Shown here one piece after another: positions 19,501-33,000 of a stretch of DNA of 64,000 nt (position 1 is the stretch's first letter; each line of letters begins with the position of its first letter). The translations under genes and the position numbers were made by a program. Origin of the DNA: Chrysomallon squamiferum (taxonomy: Eukaryota > Animalia > Mollusca). Where the stretch lies: contig CM022671.1 in the NCBI GenBank assembly GCA_012295275.1, positions 1,054,001 through 1,118,000 of the forward strand. The letters run 5' to 3'. Below the pieces are notes generated by a model. The model ran no database searches. It was not told the DNA's origin and worked only from the letters and a program-made list of their open reading frames with translations.

Positions 19501-20944
19501 TGGCCACTTGCACCAAGTTTACTTCAGGACTGTCTGTTACCCTGGCTTTACTTCACCATTTTCCAAACAATCTGGTACAAATCTGTTTACTGTGTCACAC
19601 TTCAACTCTTTTCCATATTTGTTAATTTGTCATTGCTCCAACTTTATACTTTGCATTTTAAGTATGATAAAGGAAGTATGCTGTGAACTATATTCTGCCT
19701 TTGATTACACTTATGTGCAGTTTATACATAATGTTTAGACAACAATATTTAGATAATCATTTTGTTTTTGTCCTTCATTCAGACCAAGCGCATTTCTTTT
19801 ATCTACATTGATACGATTTAAAAATAATCCCAAAACAAAAATATTTAATGGTAAATCTGCTTTAATATTTAAAATACAAATTTATTTCATTATTTAAGAT
19901 ATATGAGATCTAGATGTCATCTGCATTGTTAATGGGACACAGTGAAGACAAAAACAAAATCTTTAAATTTTACGTTACAAAACTGAAACTTGATAGAAAC
20001 GATCCATATATATTACCATAAAAAATAAATACTAGTTTATTTTTTAATGACAAATACTTTAGAGACAAACATTGTATGTACTGCCACGTAATAGCCACAC
20101 AGCATAGTTCCTTGTATCACTCACAAACTGTTGCCAGAATCCACTATCACTAATTTAATATATGGTGTATATGAGTGTAGTGTACATCTTGAATCAACCA
20201 TCATCAGCAAAACTGTTTGTTTTTCTAGTACATCATACTGGAAATGGCTTTGTATAAACAGTACACACTAGATGCATATTTGATAAATGTTTTGTCCTAC
20301 TCCACAGTTCTGGTCAACAAAATGATGTTAACAGGCACAAAGAAACAGTCCAGCTAAGGCGATCTTTGATTCACACAAAACACTTCTAATAGGAACACTA
20401 TTAGTGTTTGATGATTTCTTCAACTCAAAATGAAAGACATATGGGCACTGGAAAACTAACCCCAGAAGAACTAGAACTGGTGTGTTCAGACATATGAACA
20501 ATATACCTCAGAAAAAAAAAAAGACAAAGATGCGAGTTGGCCCCTACTGAAATTCTGGATTAATAAACTTTTGTACATGTTTTTTAAAATTATTTTCCTT
20601 GTTTGAACTGCATGCAGTTACACAGTTCTGCTAACTGAATCTTTCTATATCATTGTTTTTATTTATTTTAATAATTCATTTAGAAGAATTAGTGAAGAAA
20701 CTGTTGAGAGTTTTTCTAATGAATTTTCACATTTTCACCACCTGGTGACACACATATACAGTTGTTGTAATAATCTTTGTCATTTTAATAACTTAATCAT
20801 TTGTATGTATAATGTTGACACAAATGCTATTCAAACTGTTAGACAATGCTGTCCTCTGTGTACAAACTACCATGTGTCTGTTGCTGATTTGCATCCAGAG
20901 CTTGTAACAGGCCAGTTCCTCTGTCACTGAACAGTGCTGTCACT

Positions 20945-21097
20945 TTACACTTCGGTTCCCTCTGGCAGGTTTCTCCTCAGCTGTATCTGTGACAGCTTTG
21001 CCTGCCTGCCTGAGCTCTTCACGTAGGTTGTCTGTTTTACAGGTTTAGGAGAGAATGAGTCTTCTCGGCTACTCGAACTGCCCACACTTCCTGACAC
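20945..21097 (-). CDS. IQSEC: IQSEC terminal coding exon (ends -GTEV*)
   Basis: tttcag|[53 protein letters not shown]. Confidence 0.87.
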   Translation of the reverse strand: MSGSVGSSSSREDSFSPKPVKQTTYVKSSGRQAKLSQIQLRRNLPEGTEV

Positions 21098-24000
21098 CTG
21101 AAAAACACACTCAGCTTATTGTCATGTTATTTTAAACAAGTGTAGAAACAAAATTACTGAATAGTACTATCATTAAATATATATATATATAAAGAAGCTG
21201 AAAAACCCCCAAATCACTGATTTAAAAAAAATAATATTTGCATTTACTTTTATTAGGGAGTGCATTTAAGCAATATCATATATAACATATTTCAATTATT
21301 AACATTAACATACATACATAAATAACATACTTTCTATGACTAAGCATTACATGGACTAAAATTTCATTTTAATTATTTTTTCAATGTTACTTCCTTGTCT
21401 CTTTGTTCCCCTTATAAAAAAGCACACCCAAAAAATCTTAGATTTATCTTGGCAATATACTACCTTACACAGAGCTACCAAATAGGCCTATCACTAATAA
21501 AATATGTGTGTAAGATTTTCTGCAGGATGTGAGCAGAAGGAGAAAGCTGATGTTATACCTACCACTCCGCTGTCTAGCGACGCTCCACTGCTACCGCGCT
21601 TCATCCCTTGAGCTGCAAGTTCAACAAAACAAACAAATAAACAAATAAACAAATTACTAAATTATTTTAATAATAATCTTGACAATTTTTTTTTTTTTTT
21701 TTTTTTTTTAAACCATACCTACTAAAATTAATGTCAAAAACATGATTATTTCCAGTTATTTTCCACCATAAATATTCTTAATGTTAAGATTGTAAAAGAT
21801 GTTATCTCCAAATGATAAGACAGTGTTGTTACTTTCACAAGAATTCTTCCTTTGGGACAAGAGTGTGGGAATGAGCAGAGAAATCTAAACAACAACATCT
21901 ACAGCCAGACAACACTGACAGACAATATTTAATTATAATAAACAGCAGAGAGTATGAAAAAAGAGAAAATACATTTAGTATACATTTTAGTATGCTTTGT
22001 TTTGGACATGAGCCTTTCACAATACATTTAACATTAATATAATAAGCTCAAAGTTATGCACATACTGACATTTTCCTCTTTTTTTTCATGCATGGTTTTG
22101 TACACAGAAGTGAAAAACAATTTGAAAAACAGTAATCTTCAATCAATAATCAATGTTTTACATTTCTATGAATGTGGGTAGCAAAATAATTTTTTATTTC
22201 TATTTTTTCTTCTTCAGATCTTTGGATACGGTGCAGACAACAACAACAACAACAACAAACAACATGGAATATAAAATTATGCTGAAAATACAATTCAGAC
22301 TAAAAACATTTCCTTTTTAAATGTGTGCTGTTATGTCAGATGTGTGGACAAATCATTCTTTAAATATGTGTTGTACAGGATGTCACAGAAATGTCTTACA
22401 TCATAACCACTTTCTATTTTCAGTGTGTAATGTTACAAAAGAAAGGGTAAAGAGCTAATTCCCACATTATGTGATTACATTATGTAAGGTAACCTTTATT
22501 ATTTGTAATGAATGGTAAATAATCACATGGATATTTAATGACATACAAGAATGGTAATGACATGTTGATACAGAAATAATTACTGCTTTCTCAGTTTGCT
22601 CTCACACTGTTCAATAATTCATCTGAACATTTATTATTTAAAATGGTCACAAGCAATTAATCAGTGAATCAGTAAACTGGCTGGTTATGCTAGACACATC
22701 AAAGAAATACTGGAACAATAAAACCAATTTTCATTTAACTCATTTTTAGTCATTGCACTATTCAGTTTGCAGTTATTTTCAAATGTCATCAGAGGCAAAC
22801 ATATTAGGTAATTTTGAATCCAAGTAACAAGGTGAATAATAAAAAAACATAAGCAGAATAATGTGTTTTGTACACTACAATCATCAACTACAACTCATTT
22901 TTATTCATGCTCACTGTTTTTTTCAAAGCAAATTATGGAGATTGGTGTGGCTTCATGTATAAGAAGGTTGAACTAATTTATTACATAGTAAATGAAGGCA
23001 AACATATTAGGTAATCTTAATATCAAGAGAGAATATAGAATTTTGTACAAAATGTTTTTTAACAAATGAATATTATCAGTTACTAATTTTAGTCAGTGTT
23101 ACTAAGTAATATGTGCTTATTATGTTAAAAATTTCAAATCAGCAAAAATTGTACAATGGTCACAACACCAGTGAACATTTTGAAAATGTGGACAAAACCT
23201 AAATTGATTTTAGCAAGATTGAGTGTCTACACTTTCTCTGGGTATACACACAGATATATGCCTCCACACAGACACAATAAATTTAGAAACAACAGAAGGT
23301 TCTGATCATTTCTATGCTTCATGTGTGTATTAAGAAATGTTAAGTATAAAGAAGTCTCCAGTGCACAGTGTGATATTAAATCATTTCAAACATTTACATT
23401 GATCCACTTGAACAATACCTACTAATGAACTTCAAGGAAGCCAGTGATCTAAAGGGGAATATAAGGATGAACTGCAGTTAATACTAAAGCTGGAACAGAA
23501 ATAAAACACAGTACATCTTTCTTATCAACGATTTTTTAAAATGAGATCTTCCTACAGTATTTACAGCATTTCAGGATGTTGGAATCTGGCTAAGCAATTT
23601 GAAAACTGAACTAAAAAATAAGAGTTTAAGTTACCTATCTTTGTTAAGTTGTTTGTGAGTAGAATACCAGAGTTTAACTTATCTATCTTTAATCAAGTAG
23701 TTCGTGACCATCTTCTAACTCACAGCCAAAAAAAAAGTCATAATTAATGAGAACAACAAGAAGAAAGATCAAGCCACAAAACACATGCCAAACAGCAGGA
23801 GCTTACAAACTCAGTCTCTTTGAAACTCAATACAAAGCAGTTAAGGGTATGTAAGCGTTTGTGGCACACTTTGGCATCAAAAGCTCAAAACATTCATCAA
23901 CAAATAACATCTGTGGGGAAGTGGCACAGTTCAGTATTCTTTTGGCAAAACAATCTTGATGATAGATAGATAAATAAATAAATAAATAAATAAATAAATA

Positions 24001-27000
24001 TAAACAAAACAGTTATTATAATTAAACAAATATTACATAAATATGTATGTGAAATAAAAAATAACCATCAGTTTATGTTTTAAGTTTTTATGCTGCAAGA
24101 AAGTGACTAGCACACATGATTAACGAATCCACAGACAGAATCTGCTTCAAGCATCATGCTGAGTGTTTATACAGGAGGGTGTGAGATGTGGTGTTATGTG
24201 TCTGACCTTCATCTCATCTTTAACACTGTGTTCTTCTTTCTCTCACACTGTTACTCTTCGTTCCTTTTCTCTGTGTATCATCTGCTTTCCTCATTCTCTC
24301 ACACAGAATCATTCATTATTCTTCTTTCATTCCTGTACCTCCTGTTTGTCTCTTTCCACCTTTCTTTACTATTCTGCTTTAAACTTTTTCTTCAGCTGTT
24401 TGAGACAGACACTGCATGCTAAAACAGATACACTCATTTTCATTTCATTCTATGTACCTCATGTATGTCACCTTTCATTTTCTTTCAACTTCTTTCTCAC
24501 TCTTTCTCTTTGTATTTGAAACTTTTGTCTTTTTTTTCCCCTCATTTGTTTTTACATAAAACAAAGGAAAGTTTATTGATAAAATCAGTTGTTTGCATTT
24601 AGAGGTGTGGTTGGTAAAAGATCTTTATTGATCTCTCTTTTTTTAACATCTTCCATTCTGTGTTTATATTTTTGAACATCGTAAAATCTGTAAATTAATT
24701 TTTTTTTTTGTATACTAAAATATGGTTGATGTAAAAGCATGAAATGTCCTCATTAATCACCAAAAATTGCAAATACCAACAATTTTCAAAAAAAAACTGT
24801 TGAAATTTTAACAGCTATATGTAGCTATCACAAACTGAAGAAAAAAATCCTCAAAACAGCATAAGCAGTTTCGTATTTTTAGAACAAACCCAAACATTTT
24901 GCAGATTGCAACATCAAAGGGGTTAAAAACAAATTACCGTAAAAAAAAAAAAAAAATGATAGAGGGGCTATCAATGTTATTTATCAATATAGCTCTAACA
25001 AAAAAAAAAAAAAAAAAAAAATAACAAAAAAAAAAAACAAGAAAAAAAATGGAAAACAAATGTTGATAAAAAAAGGAAACCAGCCAAGTTTTAAAGTGTT
25101 TTTACCATTTTTGTATTCAGTAATAATGGCTACATTCAGGTAAACAGATAAAAAAAAGAAAGAAAGAGAAAATAAAAAAGGAAATAGATTATTTTCCCAT
25201 GTAATTACAAATAAGATCTTGCCAATCATCTAAAGCAATACTGGAGGTATGTTATGTTGTTGAATTGTAACTTAAATATATTTTGTATATGTTCAAATAT
25301 TTGCTTTTTTGTTTCTTTAAACTAGCCTATGCTAATAACAAAGAACATAACAAGTCAATGGATGTACTTGTAGAAAGTTACCTTTCTTTAATATATACTC
25401 ATAAATTTATTTACCCTCCCAACAAAAAAACCAGATATAATAATTATACTTAATATATTTGTTATCTGTTTACAACAAATATGATTTGCATAAACATAAG
25501 AATATTTAAAGTCATCTTTCAGAATGTTTTAATAACTTATATAGAAGGTATGGTAGTTTACACTGAAGAAGCCACTGTAAGCAACAAAATTAACATTTCA
25601 GTGGCAAGTAAGTTTAAAAATAATATATTAAAACCACAAAAACAACAAAAACTTGTTAGAATTTCTTTGTGGATCATTTTGATAGTAAATTATTGTAAAT
25701 GAACAAATTACAAAATATAAAAATAAAAAATGATAGTCCTATTAAATATTAATAACTGCTAAAATAGATAAATAAAAAAAATTTGAATAATTATTAGAGT
25801 GAAAGCTGAAATAATATTTGTTTTATTTCTTTCACCTCTCACATTTAAAACTAATAATTTACAGATCAGTCCATAATTATTTTAAAAAATTATTAACATA
25901 ATTTCATTATTTTTATATAATCTTTTATCATCTTAATTATATCAGTTATTACTCTAACATTTTTCTCTGTATTACTGAAACAAACTTTTTTTTTTCAAAA
26001 ATGAATGAAAGAAAGCTGTAGAAACCATTTAATACTTATTACCAATATCTCTTTTACCAGTTTCTTAATTCAAATATCTGAATTTTTTTTTAAATATATT
26101 AATAATATATGAGTTTTAAACAAATTTAATTTCTAGCATTAACTGAATCAAAAACAATCCACAAACGAAAACTCCAACTAAACAAATGATAAAACAAACG
26201 TCACGTAAACAAGAGAACTCAAGAGTTAAAAACGATTCTCAGCAAGGAACTGGTCAGCAAACTAAAAGAGGCGCCACTCATGCACATGCACATGCATACC
26301 TTCACACAGATCAGTAAGCGAGTTGGACAGAGGGACTTTCTTCAAGCCACACTCGGGGGCAGACAGCCTGTTAGTGGCGGGGTCGGAGGGCTTCACAAGG
26401 TCGTACATGTGCACGCGGGAGTCGTCGTGGGCGTAGTGCTTGTCCAGGGTGTTGTGGTTGACGCGGTGCCGGTGCATCTCCTCCTCTATGCGCAGCTGCT
26501 CCATGCCGTTTGTCTGAAGTAGATCAGTGAATAAAACACTACGTTGTTTGTGTGAAAAAAACACTATTATAATGACGTAAACTCTGCTAAATAAAATAGT
26601 GCTGACTGTCTGAACCTTTACATAAATATTTATAAATAATTTAATTTTAATGAATCAATATGATGCCCCCAAAAAAAAATTATTTCAGGAATACAAAACA
26701 ACTTTAATAAACATTATTCACATGAATGAAGTATTTTTACTGTCATAAATGTTGAATAAACAATGAAGATGAATAAATTAAACTATCTTAACAGCAAAAA
26801 GTTTGTAATTCATTTGAAGAATAAACATAGAAAGAAAAATATAAAATCTTCAGTCTGAATAAAGAATGGCTCCATGAGTTGATTTCACTGAAACAGTTTT
26901 TAAAGTTTTACCTCCAGTATGGCCTCTTTCAAGTCATCGATGAATTTCTGTCGATCGTGGTCATTTCTGGCATTAAACGTCATCAGCACCTTCCCATCTA

Positions 27001-30000
27001 TACTGCTGGTGAGCTGAACTCCAAACTGGTAATCTGAAACAAACACACAACCAGTCAGTTCTCTCTTTAACTGTACAGTCTTCCAGTAAAAATAAGTTTT
27101 TGAAGGCAAAAATGTATATGAAAGTGACAATTGCAATTTCAAAGTCATAATCTTGTTTTATAAGAAGTTAATGCATACAAATGTCACAACATTTTAATTT
27201 AGCATTATTAGTTAAGGCTCAACAAAGATCACATATAATGCAAATATTCTTTCTAACATTAAAAATATATAAAAATATAACAATTTTATTGCTTAACATA
27301 ATAAGAAATCTTTCTAGCTAGATATCATGCACATCAGCCTCTGATTATATCATATGGGAAATAAAGTCAGAACAAAAGAGATCGCCTTTTCTCAAATTTA
27401 AACTTGGCATGTTATCAGACTTAAAATAATTAATATTCAATTAAGTGCAGTCCCTTTGTTAACATTTTTGTATTAATATGTAGTTGTGTACTTGGAAATT
27501 TTGAACCTGATAAATCCAATTAATTAACTTAATACAAGCAAAGATAATCTACTTTAATTATTGCTGTTTTTAGACTACCACGCACTGTCTGAGTACTGTT
27601 TACAGAGAAGGCTGTTGCTATGGACTGTAAATGAATTCACTCAGCAGCAGCTGCTGTGTAGGAGTCACAGAGAAACGAGGGAGTGGACCTATTGATTATT
27701 TGTCTTGTCCGTTCCACTGAAGCTTAGAACCTAGTTTGTACCATTCACAACAGACAGGATCACACAGAACTGGAATTAACTTATACAGGGAAATAGGTTA
27801 AAGCTTTTTCATGATGACATTCATCAACTCAGTTCATTTGTACGAATGTTATTAGATTCAGATTTGTTTTTGTTTTTCTTGTAACTGTACGTTATTTACT
27901 TATAGTTCAGTAAATGTCTTCATGTAATTCTTACGTGATGTTTCAAACAAGAAAACTTGCATCCCACATAAAGTAGCTGATTTCTTCAGTGAATATGTTA
28001 TTCCACTTTTCTTTTTGCTAAATATCTTTGTAACCTGAAATAAACAAAAACAAGCAAAAAGGTTAACAGAAACTCAAAAGAATATTTTAACATTTCAAGT
28101 AAGTAATTTTAACATAGTACATGAAGTGATAAAGAAGATTCCAGCATCCTAATCAGACACCATTTTCATTATTTGTACTTTGTGTTAATTGTTGTGATAA
28201 TGCATTTCTAACACTCGTTATGAAGAGAATGGCTGAGTTCTAGACAAACTTTCATCCTGTATCACATAGCAATATACATCAGCAGACATCTGCAGTCTAT
28301 ACCGTGCTGTACCAGCTGTATCGATTAGTGTATACATATTTCTTACTTATACAATGCTGGCAGCAAATTGAGCATAAAATTAACTTTTATCTTACAGTGA
28401 TAAATCTAAAAGCTGCGATAGTAACTGTTAATTTTTTATTGTGAAGTATTGATCTGAGATGCTAAAAGATCCACCAAGAAACTAACAGTATCCAACTCCT
28501 TAACGTATTCATTTGCTTTTCAGGAACTCTTTAACAAAACAGTATTGACTACATGGGGAATGCTGCTGATATTTCAACCTAGTAACTTTAAAACATGCCA
28601 AACAATCATCTGGAGCTGATACTTTTGACAGAGATTCCCACAGAACTGTACAAACTGTGTATGTGAGAAATACATATATGTGTTGTATGCAGTTCCAACA
28701 GTCCTACCAAGACAAGAAGGAAAACAATATCAATACATTTCAATTAATCATTGTTTAATATTTGTCCGGTTTAGTAAACATGGCTTTCTAAATGATAGAT
28801 TGTTTCTAAACAAATGAAAACAACTAATATTTTCACTTGACACTTCATTAAATGGGTTTCATATATTTGGGTCCCATGTTTTTGTATGCACATTTAGTAT
28901 GTTCATATGTTAATACACACTGCTGATTTTATTCCTTTTGGGAATAATTCATATTCCACCAGTGTTCATATATTTCCTTTTTGTTCCAATTTTATGTTAG
29001 CTGAGAAACAGTCTGTCACTGATGACTACATTGGGGATTTTTTCCACATTTTTCTCTATCATGGCTTCCATATTTAAAATCAATTGCAAAAGTCTGCTTT
29101 CAATAATAGTACCAAAAAATTTAATTTGTTTTATTATTTTAAGAACATTATTATACAAAAGTTCAGCCCTTTAGTCTTTGTGTATGTAGTCAATCCATTC
29201 AGATGTTTTAATCTGCTGGTTGTTATTCTCTGCTGAAATGATGGTTTCCTACAACTGCTGGTAATGGTCACTAAGTTATAAAATGTCAGATAGTCTTCAT
29301 GTGTTAAAATGCATAGCCTGGGTCACAGAGGTGTGCACAGTTTTAACCCATAGCCAAGTGAAAGTCACCTTCTTTTTCTTTTTTAAAATTTTATTTATTT
29401 ATTATTATTATTATTATAAATATTATTAGTTGAATTTTTTTTTTAATTGAAAATATCAATATATTTTGCCTCCATTTTGGGTTTTTGTTATATTATATAT
29501 TTATTAATAAATAGTGTGATCAACTGTATGAATGTCTGCAAAAATGCTTTGTTTTACTGTTGTAATTAGATCCTGACAATAAACAGTTCTTTTAAATTTG
29601 TATACAAATTAAACTGAGATGAACAACATAACTGACTGTACAGAAAATATTATAATTAACAAACCAATATATGTAGAGATCCATGACTTGAGAAAGAAGG
29701 ATTCAAGTAATCATAAACAAACATAAGAATAACACTTTTAGATGTTTAATTTTAATCACTATGCAACTTATTTTTTTGTTCTGGAATTTACACCCGAAAT
29801 GTGAAGCAGACAAGGACACTGACATTATTCTCATAAACTGTAGGATTACAGTATAGAGAAATACGCATTACAAATATATAATAACAAAATTAAAATGCAC
29901 ATCCAGAGTAGACAGGACTTTGTTCATAACAGATTAACAATGGCTGGACAGGACTTTGAAATGGAGCCAGTTAACACAAACATCTGGATTAATCAAAGGC

Positions 30001-33000
30001 CAGTTTTCACTATATATATATATCAACAACAAACAAAAAAAACATCAACAACTACATCACAAACAAAAACATCAACAACTACATCAACAAACAAATTCTG
30101 AACAGTATATCTGATCTTTTTAACATTTTGATAATAATTGTCTTTTATAAAATTAAAAAAAAAAAATTAAAATTTAAAATACTGAACAAATCTAGTTTAA
30201 TACACTTTTCACAGCCTGCAGATAGACATGTTTCAACGTTTGGGATTATAAACTAATTATTATTTTTTATCAAGTAATTTGAAATTATATATTGTACTTT
30301 GGAGTTTTCAATATTAAATTATAAATTTTAATATTTCTATGGCAATTTTATGACTGGAAGATAAACACTAAACATTTGAAGATTTATTACCAAAATCAAG
30401 TCATTGAAAAGGAAGACTTCTCTCTGGTGAAGTCCAATCTTCTCTTTGCGGTTTGGGTCGTGGACTTCATAAAGTCGGCAGTAACACACAAGTCGTCTCC
30501 ATGGTAACGTTAATTGCTGGAAAAAAACAAAATGTCAGCTACCAGAAATATAAACAAATCAATAAAATAATACTGTACATTATTCAGGCTTGAGAATCTA
30601 AAAAAGGTAATTAAAAAACATATTTTATATAAATATACACTGTATTGTATAATAATGAATATATTCAGACCAGTCAACCAAAATAATCAAAGCTTAGCTA
30701 AATAAAACATTAATTTTTTTTATCTATTATTTGATATAATGTTTTGGTTTTTGTGCATGGACACACAAACATACTTAAAAACAAACTGCTACTAAGAATC
30801 ATAAATTTTTATTTATTAATATTAATTTTGTTTTTAATTTACTGTAACTCCTTGAAAATCTTAATTATTTTTCAACATTATGTCATTTTATTACCTTGGT
30901 TATATTAAAAAATTGTCTATAGACTTTGTACTTATATATATATAGTATGATTTACATTATCAATATACAAAACAATATTTACATGCAAATTTCTTGCTTA
31001 GAAGAAACTCAGTATTTAAATAAACCAAGTAAATAAATAAATAAATATTAAAAAAAAATAATAATAAAAAATTAAAAATTAAAAAATTTGCAAATAAATG
31101 TGGTAAGAGTGACACCCAGATGGTGCACTGTGGTTTGGCAGGGATCCAGACAGTTTGTTTGTTTGTTCTGCTGTTATTGTGATTCACCTGATCAGATGTG
31201 GTTCTAGTGCACACAACAACACTTGACAGCCTGGTCAACAACCACTCATGACAAACACAAACAACACATACCAAAACAATACATTAGCTCACTGCTCCAG
31301 TAGCTATTTTTAGTTTCTATTTTAAATGCAAGTCGTGATCTTCCACACAAATGACTTAAAACAATTCTGTGTTTAAGCTTTGATTTTAGCTCTTTTGTGC
31401 AGTTTTTGTTATTACTATTGTTACAGTTCTTGTTGTGATTATTATGTTTTCTTTTTGTTTGACTCTATTTTTTTTTTTTTGTAATACCTTTGAAAATGCA
31501 ATAGAATAAAATGATTATGAAAATGAGATTTCCAGGATACTGTCTAGAATAATAAATATTTTTTATACTTTGGAATAGAACACCAGTGCAGATCCAGAAT
31601 TTATGAGAAGGACTATCTCCATCACTTTAGTTGACACATCTTCCCAGAACAAATAATTAAAAAGATGTAACACGGTCACTCAGCTAAAACAAACCTTGAG
31701 ACATCCAAGCTGATTACTTAAATGAATTTTAATGGGCCCCTAACTGAAAGTATATAGCAAGTCACTGACAAAGGTGTGAAGCTGTGGTCAGAATGAACAA
31801 CAACCCCTGAGTCTAGTGAACTCCACAGTACAAAAAATATCCATGATTTATTATTTTGCTTGTAGCATTTGATCAACTGACTTGCCAACCATCTGACAAA
31901 CATCATGAAAAAATCCATCTTCAAAATAAAAACTCAACCTTTTACAAGATACGTTTTCTAACTTCTGTTAATTATCTTGGATACGTTTTGACAAATGAAA
32001 AAACTTACAGGTTTCTTGCCCACGATGGACATTTCAACTTTGGCAACCTGGCTGACATGGTCAACTCCTGGGCGGAATTCCTGGCCTTTGATTCTGTCAT
32101 AAATCCCTTGTAGCAGGTCACGGTCAAGATCGTGACCATCATCAATTCCTGAAGTTAAAATAAAAACATTAATTAAACTTGATCAGAATTCTTTTTGCAA
32201 AGCAAAATGTGAGTTGTATATTTATATTGTTTATAAACATGGATGAACTGATGTTTAGTTATTTGTTTCATGTTCATGTATTAATCAACTAAGAACTGCA
32301 AATTGTAATAAATGAATTTGTATTAATTTACCAGCAGGTTTAAAAATTATTATATAGAAATAAAATAAGTGAAATAAAAATATTCTTATCAGATTAATAA
32401 ACTACATTCATATTTTCATATTCTGATGAAAGGGGAAAAAAAATGTACAGGAAAAATAAACACACAATGATATCTTTAGTGTATTTGGGTATTACAAAGG
32501 AATTTTTTTTTTCTATTTCTGAATCAAGAGATCAAAATATACTTTTACTAACTGCTTCTACCTAATACCCCTGAAAATAACACCTTACTGCCAATGCCAG
32601 TGTTTACCAACACTGTTAAAGGTGTACCTGATTACCACAAGACAATACACTGTGGTAGGTACCAATACAGTGTTAACTTTCCACAGGCACTGACAAAAAA
32701 AAAAAAGGCTAAATGTTAGAAAAACAAACCGACCAATCCAGCTGACTATGTGGGAGTTTCTTTTACTTTTTTAAAACTAAGAAAATACAGATTACTTACA
32801 CTTACTAAGCCAAAAATAAAAGGTATGCTTTATATTTGCTACAGCTAAATTTAAAAAAAAAATTAATTTTTTTTTTTATTTTAAAATATGTATTTTAAGA
32901 CTTCTGACCCCCTGGAACGTTTCATAAAAAAGTCTGTAATGAAAGAGGAAGCTCACTAAGACTTTGGCACAAAACACAGTTTTGCCAGCACACTTAGCAG

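Noticed and set aside
24156-24519. Two overlapping plus-strand ORFs rich in F/L/S
   Set aside because: Artefact of a CT-rich strand that lacks stop codons.
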